DNA of 61,726 nucleotides, filler included, from Basidiobolus ranarum (Eukaryota): NCBI GenBank assembly GCA_040143965.1. It is 24 parts of 24 records of this genome, joined end to end, with 100 filler letters (N's around TTAATTAATTAA, not from the genome) between each part and the next. Parts side by side here need not be neighbours in the genome. Positions count along the whole stretch, not along the records: positions 48,977 to 51,447 come from JASJQH010010177.1; positions 51,548 to 54,017 come from JASJQH010010178.1; positions 54,118 to 56,587 come from JASJQH010010179.1; positions 56,688 to 59,157 come from JASJQH010010180.1; positions 59,258 to 61,726 come from JASJQH010010181.1; 19 more parts are not named here. One strand, 5' to 3'. Shown piece by piece: positions 49,798 to 61,726 of this stretch (position 1 is its first letter; each line of letters starts with the position of its first letter). The notes under the pieces were generated by a model. It saw only the letters and a program-made list of their open reading frames with translations, ran no database searches and was not told where the DNA came from. The position numbers and the translations under genes were made by a program.

Positions 49798-51040
49798 ATA
49801 TAATCTTAGGTTTACAGCTAGTCCCAAGTCTGGTATTAAACTGACTATTTGGTGAATTGATAACAATGGGCTCCAAGAGGCTATTTATAGGCACTGGTGA
49901 TTTGGGCCCAAATCTGTTAAATAGTATCAAAATATTATGACTCTTATACCGTCCAGAATGATAAAAGCGTTAAGGGGTTTTGGAAGTGTTTTGGACATGA
50001 TATGGATTTGTGAATTAGACACTTAAGATTGGTTGAATTGAATATGTCCTATTTATAGTTTACAATAAAATAGAACTATTGGATGTGCTTAGACCATAAC
50101 AAACATGCCTGTTAAGCATGGGTGAAAATTTGAGGTGATTTGGAGAAGTTTTGAGAAAATAGTGAAAATTGGTAAAAGTGATCTAATTGATAGAAATATC
50201 AATTAGAGCATTAAACACACATTTTTCAAAGACAGAATTGAGTGTTAAATAATCAGAATATGAATAAACTAACTACTAAATAATGAGTTGCTATTTACCT
50301 AATTTCAACACAGAAGGAGGAAAATTTCAGTTGATCAGTGTTCTTGGCCAGCTAGCCTTTCCAACATTATATTTGTTTGGTTGGAAACCATTCAGAGCTA
50401 ATGCAAATGCATGTTCATCCATATTCTCAAAGAAACCTTGACTTCTCATATTCTGGTAGTGATATCCATCAACTATATTAGAAATATCATTAGCTTTACA
50501 GTGAGTACCTTAGTAATGATCAATTATCTATATTTGAGTGATTTCTTCACACTTTACAATAGAGAATTAATGGTCTGTATGCCAAATATGAAAAATATTT
50601 ACATAATTCAGTGATTGCCAATTGTGCAAACAATACATGACTTCAGGTTCTTCAGGTCACCAATGAAAGCCAAACAAACATTGGGACATGAGGTAGTTTA
50701 ATTACTGAAACATACTAAGTCATACACTTGACAACTATTTTTTACTTGTACCAGGTCTGTGGGAAGCAAACAGTTGCCCATCAACTGTGATATAAGTGTA
50801 AGAAAACTAGTAAACAGCAGGCATCTGAGGTAGGATGGAACTCTCCACCACTTAATAATCAAAGCTGCTTCCTTTACTGCAAGTTTTGCAAGTATACTAA
50901 TACTTGTTAAATACATAGAAGCCAGAGGAAAACTGTCATTTTCATCATCTTTTGATGAACTGCTATCAGCACTGGAATAGCCAAGGTCCAGAGCTAGCAG
51001 TATGTCCTCAAAGCTTTCTGGACTTGCTGGCTCAACCAAG
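49798..51040 (-). pseudogene. Tnp2-like transposase relic (divergent subfamily) split by a solo LTR
   Basis: EHAFALALNGF..GKASWP...FPP[LTR]SGRYKSHNIL..GPKSP...LEP motifs continue across the LTR. Confidence 0.72.
49959..50310 (-). mobile_element. Solo LTR (copia type 1, 352 bp) with 5-bp TSD CAGAA
   Basis: TG...CA ends; CAGAA at 49954-49958 and 50311-50315. Confidence 0.92.
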
Positions 51041-53363
51041 ATTGTACTTCTGCCTATATGTTTTTGGCTATATAAGTGTAATAACTATTCAGTGGCTCCA
51101 CTTTCAACAGCGTTACTAAAACTTGTAGTTAAAGTACCACCAATGGACTCAGTGAACAGGACCAAAGTGGTCTTTGTCCTCCTACTATTAGTGATACTCA
51201 CCAGACTTTGTGCAGCCCCTAATAGAAATCAGGATAGTTATGGTAGGAAAACATCACACCTTTAATCCATTTTGGATTAGCCATTTATTAACTGTCTTAA
51301 AATATCTATTTGCTTATCCCTTCTATCAGATCATAGGACCTATCACATGATCATTATCCAATCAGTATTAACCTCTGAGTCATCTGCCTAGACACAAGTC
51401 AATATGAGTCAAAAGATTCATAACCAATGATCTTTCACTGCCAAGACNNNNNNNNNNNNNNNNNNNNNNNNNNNNNNNNNNNNNNNNNNNNTTAATTAAT
51501 TAANNNNNNNNNNNNNNNNNNNNNNNNNNNNNNNNNNNNNNNNNNNNATCCTTAGTCATCTGTCCATTTGACTAAGATGTACTTTTTGAACAACCCGTAA
51601 CCCTTTCCATTGATCAATTGAATGTTTATAAATCATGATCCAAAATGAATAAATAATAACCATTATATCGAAACCTCAGAAGCCATTGTTCTTTTCAAAA
51701 CCTCAAACGCTAATAATCAAATGTTCATAGCGAGACCAGCTCTAATGATCATTTGACCAGCAAAAGAGGCGAGAATGGTAGAATTGTTTCTTATAGAGCA
51801 TCACAATAAGTTTTACAATAGTGAGATCTATCTATGTTGCGATGGGCGCATATGGCCTAGTTGCGAGGGAATTATTGTGGTATAACCTTGTGATATGATT
51901 TCCATCTATTCAAACAAAAAGACTGCATATTCGGTTCATTTGACAGCAATATGACAAGTTTTTTTTTCGAAATCTGTGGAATAACCAATACTGGCCATGA
52001 CACTGACTACCGAGAGAACTAGATTCTCATGGAACCGAAGTTCCGAGAATTGGTAGCAATCACACATCCCGAAACAATCCCACACTAATCAAGATAGCTT
52101 CGGAGTTTCTGAACCCAAGTTTTGCCATTCAAGCAAGCTGTGTTGAAGAGTTCGGTACTGTTATTCAAGTCAATACTGGAAACATCCTACTCCGAATGTC
52201 CATCGAACTCCCATCGAATCTCCTGGTCTCTACGAACTTATCTAGAAACACCAACACCCAAGCTCAACACTAAACTATGTAGTGTGGTGCATGAACATGA
52301 TACCAATGGAAAACCTCCTCCTGCCATCTGGTCGATTTGACTAAATTAGTTGATGAATTGTTAGCAGGGATTTCTAAAGAATGTTAAACTGTAACTAACA
52401 ATGATATAATCTAATTGTACATGATCACATGGGTGATGGTTACCGTTATCAGCGGATTCATTAATATAGCATATAATGATAGGGATCTAATCTTAATGCA
52501 TCAGCAAGCCTTGTGATACTAACCAAACATAGAACTCCTTTGTAGCCACATTAGGCATTCAAGTCAAACAATCCACACTAAAGGTGACACTAATTATAAT
52601 GGAGCACATATCGAAATGTCTATATGTCAGTTGCACATCTATTTCCATGTATATTCCATTCCACTTGGATTTCTTCTGTTATTACCGAAGAGGGGAATTC
52701 TTTACATTCTGCATTCTTACTGATCCAGATGATTTAATCAACTTCGTTGTTTGGATCCAGCCTTTCTCGAGTCACGAGTTAATATCCAAATCCAATCTGT
52801 TTTACAAATAGAATTATTCACGTTAGGTGATGTCACTCTTCTTGATAGTGAAGTGGATCGAATGCGTGTTTAATGTTAAATCAAATGTCAATTAACAATT
52901 CACTTCTTCTATACTTTTACAAGGATAATATTGATGAATGATAAAGTTAAATATGTTTCCTAGAATCCATCACCTATTTTCATCTGCAATAGTATTCATG
53001 GTGGTGCATAAATCACAAATTATTTTCATCAAAAAAATGCGTTCAACGGTGGGCTTTTCACATGGAATTACTGCATCCATCATGTAAATGCTCATATAGA
53101 ATTTTCTACACATACTAATGCCAATATTGATCATCAGTATTTGGAATAATTGGATGAGATATGAGATTTGCACTAGATGTATTGAATTCACAATGTTGAC
53201 GCTTAGGAATGTAAAATCTTTTTAAACAAAGAATTTGTCTTGGGTTCCATGCTCAGAAAACTGAAGGACATTAGAGCTATGTATCCAAATATCCATATAA
53301 CTGTACATATATATATATGATAAATAGATAATAAATAAGACTAAGTTAGATAGCTGCTTATAT

Positions 53364-53900
53364 TTAAATCGTCATTCTTGCAAGATTATATTGATGATTG
53401 ATAGCTTCATATACTTTTCCTGATATTTCCTTTCCTACTTTTATCAATATCTTAAATAGTTCCCTTTTTTTCATAAAGGCAACTCTATAGCTCATCAATG
53501 CTCTCATATAAGGTGCAAGTGTATTTTTTCTACAGACTTTCTTGCTGAATCTAGTCAACTATTTGCAAGGTTTCCGTCTCATTTGAATACTTTAAGGACA
53601 GCTTCATGATTGAGTAATTAGATGGAAATACAGAATTATTCAATTGTCCTAAATGCCCTTGAGTGCATCCACACATCATGGATGGAGCCTAGGTTCTAAC
53701 TACCACATCCAAGGAGGCAGCCAGCACACAAATTATCCAGCCCTGTCTAATAGTCTTAACCACAAATAATACACACTTTAGATTGGTCAATGTTACTTTA
53801 TGTCTTGATCAGCATTAAAAAAGAAATCAAAGTTTTGAGCTTCTGTAGAAGGATGACTGCAAGGTAGAAGCCCAACAAAATTGATGGAAAAGTATCACCA
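53364..53900 (-). pseudogene. Very degenerate Harbinger/HARBI1-like DDE relic
   Basis: Remnants resembling GSIHD, LAPY and NHQYNLARMTI (compare GSxHD, LTPY, FN..HS.AR..IE). Confidence 0.35.
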
Positions 53901-53906
53901 GGAATT

Positions 53907-54017
53907 TGTTAAAGTATTTGGGAGCCTGTTGGAAGTGGTTTGGAGAATTAGAGGAATTGGTGGTTTTTCACTTATTGATTTATTGAGTAGAAAGTTGACA
54001 TTTATAGTTTTGTCAAG
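53907..54017 (-). mobile_element. LTR type 2 end fragment
   Basis: Very similar to 19680-19790. Confidence 0.8.
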
Positions 54018-54117
54018 NNNNNNNNNNNNNNNNNNNNNNNNNNNNNNNNNNNNNNNNNNNNTTAATTAATTAANNNNNNNNNNNNNNNNNNNNNNNNNNN
54101 NNNNNNNNNNNNNNNNN

Positions 54118-56480
54118 GGTAAAAGTGATCTAATTGATATTTCTATCAATTAGAGCAATAAACACACGTTTTTGAATGACAGAACTGAGTACTAAATAAT
54201 CAGAATATGAATAAACTAACTACTAAATAATGAGTTGCTATTTACCTAATTTCAACACATATAAATCTTATAAAAACCTTGGCAGATCAGCTCTTATCCT
54301 CTGGAACACCTCTATATGAAGATGAATAAGTCATCACTCTACTTGTGAGCCTGCCAGATAAGTTTGGGAACCCCATTTTTGCCCCAGAATCAAGATCATA
54401 GCTATTTTCAATGGATTATGTTGGTGCAGGTCTTGTGAATGAGGAATTAAGGAGATCTAATTCTCAGCAAAATGATGCAGTTGGTGAGGGCCCAGTTATG
54501 CTCAATTTAGACCAAAATTCAGCTACACCATCTGCAAAATTAGATGATGTACTCGGTGTACCAAATGCAGCCAAGAAACTACTCTCAGTATGCCAGGCAA
54601 CAACTTGAGGACTAAACTTTGCAATCAGCAAGACTGGATACATTAGCACAGATCAGTATAATAATAAATTAGCTGCTAGAATCAAACTCAAAACTTTTAC
54701 CAGCTAGAAAACAACAACTTGCAATTGGAGCATGCAAACCTTGCTAAAACCAGTGAGTTAGGCTCTCAACCATGGCATAGAATATTGCACCACATCAGGG
54801 AAAAAATATGACCCAAATGATCTGAAATTCAGGTTGGTTCAGGCCAAGAAATTAAAAATATTGCTCAATTGGATCTGTGCAAAGGTTGCATATATGGAAA
54901 ACATCACAGACAGCCATTTTCCAGCTCTGGAAATATCAAATCCACTCAAAATTATGCCCTAAATCATTGTGACCTATGTGGCTCAATGAAAAATGTCTCA
55001 CTAGGTGCTAAAAGTATTTTGTCACCTTTATTGATGATAAAACAAGATATACTTTGGTGTTGTTTCTCAAATTAAAATCTGAAGCCTTAGCTACATTCAA
55101 ACACTAAAAAGCACTGGTAGAGAAAGAATCAGCACAAGAACTAAGAGTACTAAGGAGTGATAATGGTGGACAATACTGCTATAAAGACTTTGCTAGTTTT
55201 TGCTCTAAACATGGAATGAAGCAACAAACTACTGTATCTTAGAGTCCACAGCAAAATGGAGTAGCAAAACATGCTGATATGACCATTGAGCAGATGGCTA
55301 GATTAATAGTACATGATCAAAAGTTAGATTACCAATATTGGGCTAAATCTGTCTCCATTGCAATCTATATTGAAAACAGAAGCCCAATAAGAATACGACA
55401 GGAACACTTCCAATGATGATATCTATGCCCATGCAGCATTCTGTGACAAGCCACAGTCTCTAGATCAAGCTCAAGAGTGTCCAGAATCAGAATGTTGGGA
55501 AAAGCAATGCCTGATGAGTTTTCTTCACTTCAGGACAATAAAACATAGGTCCTAAGTCCTCGGCCATTAAGAACAAATCCAAGAGCTTGCAAATGAGTCT
55601 ACAGAGTAAGAACCAAGCTGATGGTACCAAGGATAAGTACAAAGCTGCATTACTTGCAAAAGGCTATTCCCAGACTCCAGGAGTTCATTGTGATGAAACT
55701 TTTACTCCAGTTGCTAAGTTTAGCTCCATTTGATGAACCCTGGCACTCACAGCCATCCATAACCTTGATTTATGTCAATTCCTTGTAAAAGCAGCCTTTG
55801 TGAATGGCAATCTAGAAGAAGAGATCTATATGGAGCAACCTGAAGGATTTGCTGACCCATAACACCCTGTTATGGTCCGCATACTTCAAAATTGCAATTT
55901 ACACTCAAGCAAGCACCCAGGGTTTGTACAACAAACTAGATACCTATTTGGAATCACAAGAATTCCAAAAATGGCCCGCATATCACAGTATTTACATCAA
56001 AACAACTGGAAACAGGAATCTTATCTTAGCACAATATTCAGATGCCTTGATCATAGCTAAAAATGACATAGAAGTGCTTAATCAGACAAAAAAAAGCTAT
56101 CAAACCAATTTTAGATGACTGATATCTCACAATTAAGTTAATTTCTAGGAATTAAAATCAAGAGAGATAAACCTTATCCAAAAATTGTGCTGAATCAGTC
56201 TAAAGACCTCCTGGACATACCTAAAATACTTCAACATAGAGAAGAGCAAGCCAGTATGAACACCAATGGATCCCAATGTGAAATTAATCAAAACATATCT
56301 GATTTGGCCAAAATAGCTCAAATCACAGCCAGGGGTTCCCTGATCAATTCAAGATGGGTAGTTTATTGTATACAATCATTGGAACACATTCAGGTATTGC
56401 TGTAGTAATGGGAACTGTCAGCTAATATTTCAAAAACTCAGGATTTGAGCACAAAACTGAAGAAAAACAAACACTCATTG
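54118..56480 (+). mobile_element. Internally deleted copia gag-integrase-RT relic with LTR type 1 fragment (54118-54257, -)
   Basis: CKGCIYGKHHR, HCDLCGSM, RSDNGGQY, PQQNGVA and AFVNGNLEEEIYMEQPEGF motifs. Confidence 0.88.
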
Positions 56481-56687
56481 TGACTTTAATATTTTCAAAT
56501 CGACCGAGTCTACCAACTTCTACCAAGTATTCCTGAACACTTTGATACTGAAGTAATTTCAATTACAGAACCCAGTTGCAACAAGTANNNNNNNNNNNNN
56601 NNNNNNNNNNNNNNNNNNNNNNNNNNNNNNNTTAATTAATTAANNNNNNNNNNNNNNNNNNNNNNNNNNNNNNNNNNNNNNNNNNNN

Positions 56688-59157
56688 CAAGTATATTGGT
56701 AATACCATCAGCTTTACGGTGAGTACTTTGGTATTGGATCAATGATCTATATTTGGGTGATTTCATCAAAACTTTAAGATGGGGAATCAATGGTATGTTA
56801 GCCAAATATGAACAATATTTACCTGATTCAGTGATTGCCCATTGTGTGCAAACAGTACATGAATTCAGGTTTTTCAGATCACTGGTGAAAGCCAAACAAC
56901 CATTTGGACATGAAGGTAGTTTAATTACTGAAAGATTATAAATCATACTATGGACAAGTGTTTTCCACTTGTACCAGGTCTGTGGCAAGCAACAGTTGCA
57001 ATCAACTGTGGTAAAAGTGTAAGAAAACCAATAAACACCTGGCTGCTAGGATTGGATTGGACTCTCCACTGCTCAATAATTAAAGTTGCTTCCTTTACAG
57101 TAAGTATTATGAGTGGACTAATGTTTGCCAATAACAAAGAGTCCATTACGAATCCATTGTCTTCTTCTTCAACTTCTGATATATACACTTGGTACTGGAA
57201 TAACCAAGGTCAACATCAAGTGGCAAGTCCTCAAAGTTGTCTGGACTTACTGGTTTGACTAAAGTTACATTTTGACCTATATCATTCTGGTCATATAACT
57301 ATGGTAACTCCATGGTATCTTGACTTTTGGCAGTGTTACCAAAACTTTGAGGCAAACTACAGTCAGTGGACTCAAGGGGCAAAACTAAAGTTGATTTATT
57401 GCACTTATTACTGTTGTTATACACCAGGCTTTGGGCAGCTGGTGGCTTTGTATAGTGACTGTGCTTGTGATTATTTTTTCCACAAAGCCTCTGGCTTTCA
57501 TAGCACAAGAAGTTGTGACAATAATAGCATGGCTTCTTTAAACTTTTGTGTTGCAGCATGAGAAGGATATTGTGGAAAAAAGAACACCTCCTATGTACGG
57601 GTGGTATTTTAGACACAGCCCATCAATATCATCAGCTGAATCTGAGATGGTGTCACAGATGAGTGATCAGGGGATTTAAAAGATATTTCTGGTAATGGAT
57701 GGCAATTTTGGTTTATTATAAGTTGTTTTTAAGCAATTTCATTACACCAATTTTACCATCTGAAAATTTCAATGCCATTCAAAAAGTGTACAAAATCTAA
57801 TTCAAAATTGGCTTCCAAGCCAAAGCCTGCTGGCACAAAAAGAAAAAAACCAGTATGAACAGAGGACTTGATTGATGAGCAGTCTAGCAATCCACTGTCC
57901 ACTTTGGATGGCATTAACAAGCCGGAAATTAACTCAAGTAATGATGAAGCACCAATCAATTTACCAGGTGTGTTCCTTTCCAGCAATAGTTCAAGTGAAG
58001 AGATTGTAGTCCCTCAATTACGTAGTAAATCAATAGTTGAGCAAAGTTCAACCAAAACACCATCAAGCCCATCAACTTCCAAAATGGCTACTTTGCCCAC
58101 TACTTCACAACCCTCTGTAGAAAATTTTGATAGAATTATTACAACAAGGGAATTGCAGGCAGAACACTGTAATGATTTGTATGCAATCATAATTATAAAC
58201 TATGAAGTTGCTATAGAGGCCATGACAAGCAATAATGCTGCAATATTGCAATTAATGCAGCATTCAGAAGCAACTAATCAACAGTTTGAGATTCACTCAA
58301 CAATGATACAAGATCTTCAGAATGCTGTACTTGAGGAACAGCAACATGCTGTTCCCTCCATCCAATCTCATATGGAATTTTAATCAATCCCACACCATAC
58401 ATATGAAAGTCACCATGACAATCTAGCAGAGCAGAATATGTGTTGGACCAATAAGCCTACACAATGACCCAAAATTTCTTGAGCACATGAAAGTAGAAAT
58501 CTCATAGGAAAGCCTGCAAACTGAAAGACTCTGAATGTCAGAGCTACTGTCACTTGCTCTGATGATGAGTGGTCTAACATTTTGGAAACTGCGTGGAATC
58601 TTGCCCAAAATCAGCTAGATTTGAGCCAATTGTGGAAAAACCCAAAACCAGGTGTTACTCCAAAGGTTCTTGACTTATTTCATGTGGCTTATCTTGGGTT
58701 TTTGTGAGCAAATTGCAATTTGGCTAGTATAGGCATATTTATGAAACATCTCAAAAATGTATGCAATTACTGACTTGGAAAAGAAAGAAAAGCAGCTAAA
58801 GAAGTACTCAAGGAGCAGGGAAGTTAGCAAACCTAAGGGAAAAGCAAAGGAACATGTGAGTTTAGACTCTACTGTTGCACTTACCAAATTCTTCATGCCA
58901 TTACAAAGGTCTGCATTTCCAGAGTCAGATATACTGGCAAAAAAGCTAAATTTTACCATGGAACCAGATACTCCAGTTGGAAGAGTGCTAAATTTAGAAG
59001 TTTATCCAACACCTGGCACCTCTCAACAAGCCAAAACACCAGCAAATAAAACTCACGGCTCTCCAACCTCAACTGGTACTTTTCAAAGTGTTGAAATTAG
59101 TCCCAAAGGTAAAGGCAAGCAAAAAGCCGCACAAACACCGCAAAGCACCCTCAGTAG
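56688..59157. mobile_element. CACTA/Tnp2-like element core: transposase N-terminus (-, 56688 to about 57300) divergent from ORF2 (+, about 57700-59157)
   Basis: SCPNGCLAFT..L..CTVC...IPLIPHL is typical of the Tnp2-family N-terminal Cys region; ORF2 occurs in five contigs of this window. Confidence 0.78.
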
Positions 59158-59257
59158 NNNNNNNNNNNNNNNNNNNNNNNNNNNNNNNNNNNNNNNNNNN
59201 NTTAATTAATTAANNNNNNNNNNNNNNNNNNNNNNNNNNNNNNNNNNNNNNNNNNNN

Positions 59258-59677
59258 GTCTCCGTTGCTTTGATTGATCGTGTTGGTAGAAAGCCATTGT
59301 TGTACACCAGTGGTGTTGGCATGTGTGTCTGCTCTGTTTTGATCGTGATTGCTTCACTCTGTGACATCGACACACTCATGGTAGCTGCTGTGATGCTCTT
59401 TGTGGCCACCTTTGCTGTCGGCCTTGGACCCATTCCCTGGATGTTGATGCCCGAGCTCATTCCTACCTATGCTATCGGAGCTGCTAGTTCCACAGCCACT
59501 GCCGTCAACTGGTTGTTCAACTTTGTCATTGGCCAAACATTCCCCCCAATGAAAGAAGGTCTTGGAGACTACTCCTTCCTTCCATTCGCTATCATCTGTG
59601 CTGTTGGTGTTGCATTCACCTTCTTCCTTGTCCCAGAGACTAAGGGGCGCAATCCTAATGAGATTGCTAAAAACTAA
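59258..59677 (+). CDS. GLUT-like sugar porter, 3' part (paralog 1)
   Basis: DRVGRKPLL, GLGPIPW, NWLFNF and PETKGR motifs. Confidence 0.92.
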   Translation, partial: VSVALIDRVGRKPLLYTSGVGMCVCSVLIVIASLCDIDTLMVAAVMLFVATFAVGLGPIPWMLMPELIPTYAIGAASSTATAVNWLFNFVIGQTFPPMKEGLGDYSFLPFAIICAVGVAFTFFLVPETKGRNPNEIAKN

Positions 59678-60493
59678 TTCACAAACTCAATTGATAGTAA
59701 TCCTGATCTTAATTTTTATCCAGAAACCTTTCAACTTTTACATGTATATAATAAATCACCCAATTTTCTTATTGCAAATTTTACCTGTACTATTACTAAT
59801 TAGCTATCGTTAGCCGGTTGCAAGCTATTAGAATTGAGGACAGAATCCTCTCCATGATGTCAAAGCGGTTTGAGAATTATTTTTAGCCTTACGTAAGTCC
59901 TATAAAATCGAATCTTCTACGAATTGTCAGGTGAATTTCAGTTTGAGAAAATATTTATGAGAGCACTTAGTAAGTTCATGGAAATATGGAGAGCATATCG
60001 TAGATTTGCTAAAGAATATTCCTAATTGCCGTCATAATTAGAATCAGGAGTATAAATATAAATTTATATTTAGAGTTCCAAGGTAAAGATATACAGAGAC
60101 CCAATGTCTCATTCTTAGGTCAGTGTAATACTAAAAACCCTTTTTAAGTTTGTCAGCTGGTGCACGGCGTAAATTTATACAAACCGTTAGGAAAATATTA
60201 TGGTTTTCTGTATCCTGATTTAACTACTGTGGCTTACACATCCAATCGGAGACTTACAAGTACAAATTAAGCCAGGTAATATTTACAGTTACGTGTCTCA
60301 AACGCGACTATACTTAGATTTAAGTAGTATTTGACATTAATTTAGTTGCAATTTGAACGCAACGAGGGTTCTCAATTCTATTTGGAATTGTTTTCTAAAA
60401 TCTAACAAATCTGAATTAAATTTATTTAAATACTACGTTTGTTCCAAAGTACAGCATTCCCATTTCTCCATCAGAGACACTATATATCAGGAC

Positions 60494-61726
60494 ATGACTG
60501 ATAGTAAAATTCATTCAATCAACACTTCAACAAGCGATTCGCGGAACATTAAGTTCACTCCTTACATCTGGCTGTGTGGTATAACCGCCGCACTTGCTGG
60601 GTTCTCTTCAGGCTTTAACGGTGCTGCCCCAAATACGCCTGAATCGGTGATCAGACATTGCGACTTAAGTCAGTACGATGATAGTGGCCTTCCAGCTTGT
60701 CTCCCTATGTCCTCCAGTACTTGGGGTCTGGCTGTCGCTATCCTCGCTATTGGTGGTTTGGTTGGGGGTCTAGGAGCTGGACCCGCTGCGAACAGATTCG
60801 GTCGCAAGTGGACTCTCCTGTTCAACAACTTCTTCTTCATTGCTGGTGCCATTCTCATTGCTACTGCTACCACAGTTGCCCAGTTTGTAGCTGGCCGTGT
60901 CATCATCGGTATTGCCTGTGGTGTCGGGTCGGTGGTTGCTCCAATGTATGTTGCTGAGATTGCAACTGATGGTGCTCGTGGTGTGCTGGGTACAATGTAT
61001 CAGTTTCTTTTAGCTATTGGTCTTTTAGCTGCAAATTGCGCTGGTCTAGGACTAAGTAATATTCCAGGATGGAGATATCTATTCGGCATAGCCATCATCC
61101 CTCCTATTCTCCAAGTCATCCTCTTGTCATTCTGCACAGAAACCCCAAGCTATCTCTTATCGAAGAACAAGGTTAAAGAGGCTAGAATTGCTTTGCAAAA
61201 GCTTCGTGCTGGATGTGTGATTGATAATGAGTTCGATGAACTGACAAGTGCTGCTCATAAAGATGATACCAGTAATGAGACTCTCAATATTATCCAAGTA
61301 CTCAAGGATGATCGTCTTCGCGGTCTCTTCCTCGTTGCCATGGTCATACACGCGTATCAGCAACTCTCAGGTATCAACAGTGTCGTCTTCTACTCAACCA
61401 ATATCTTCAATGATATCTTTGGTGTTGATAACTCCCAGTATGTTACTGTCGGTGTTTCTTCTCTCACCCTGGTTACCACTTTTCTCTCAGTTCTTCTAAT
61501 TGATCGAGTCGGTAGAAAGCCATTGCTGTATCTCAGTGGTATCGGCATGTGTGTCTGTTCCGCGTTGATTGTAGTCGCTTCACTATGTAACATCGACACA
61601 CTCATGGTGGCTGCTGTGATGCTCTTCTCAGCCACTTTTGCTGTTGGCCTCGGACCCATTCCCTGGATGTTGATGCCTGAGCTCATTCCTACCTATGCTA
61701 TCGGAGCTGCTAGTTCCACAGCCACT
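60494..61726 (+). CDS. GLUT-like sugar porter (paralog 2), intronless, 3'-partial
   Basis: Continuous frame MTDSK..RFGRK..PMYVAEIA..RG.LG..ETPSYL..QQLSGIN..DRVGRK..GPIPW running off the window end. It is not in the ORF track. Confidence 0.92.
   Translation, partial: MTDSKIHSINTSTSDSRNIKFTPYIWLCGITAALAGFSSGFNGAAPNTPESVIRHCDLSQYDDSGLPACLPMSSSTWGLAVAILAIGGLVGGLGAGPAANRFGRKWTLLFNNFFFIAGAILIATATTVAQFVAGRVIIGIACGVGSVVAPMYVAEIATDGARGVLGTMYQFLLAIGLLAANCAGLGLSNIPGWRYLFGIAIIPPILQVILLSFCTETPSYLLSKNKVKEARIALQKLRAGCVIDNEFDELTSAAHKDDTSNETLNIIQVLKDDRLRGLFLVAMVIHAYQQLSGINSVVFYSTNIFNDIFGVDNSQYVTVGVSSLTLVTTFLSVLLIDRVGRKPLLYLSGIGMCVCSALIVVASLCNIDTLMVAAVMLFSATFAVGLGPIPWMLMPELIPTYAIGAASSTAT

Overview
This is not a continuous locus. 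It is 24 small contigs (2486 down to 2469 bp, in decreasing length order) joined by an artificial 100-bp linker (44 N + TTAATTAATTAA + 44 N), so adjacency across linkers means nothing. The source is a eukaryote with short GT-AG introns (56-66 nt). A Con7-like transcription factor, a CDK10-like kinase, a DUF4807-like gene and bacterial-type genes suggest an early-diverging fungus (inference; a Basidiobolus-like zoopagomycete is plausible). More than half the contigs are nested, decayed, CpG-depleted transposons: Ty1/copia with three LTR types, Ty3/gypsy relics, a CACTA/Tnp2-like element with atypical C(C/G)TAACA ends, and a PIF/Harbinger element with a Myb/SANT partner ORF. Host genes include EMC6, an SDR, three GLUT-like sugar transporters, an intron-containing bacterial-type ABC substrate-binding protein, a PL6-like lyase tail and tRNA-Thr(CGT). 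The standout is contig 33541-36015, which is intronless, AT-rich, gene-dense and not CpG-depleted. It encodes an MLKL-like protein (four-helix-bundle N-terminus plus a GFE-motif pseudokinase) head-to-head, 47 bp apart, with a RIPK/TKL-like kinase. This is a candidate necroptosis-like module, possibly of viral or other mobile origin. The kinase is truncated by a junction into the 3' part of a 5S rRNA gene. All assignments come from motif recognition by eye; no database searches were run.
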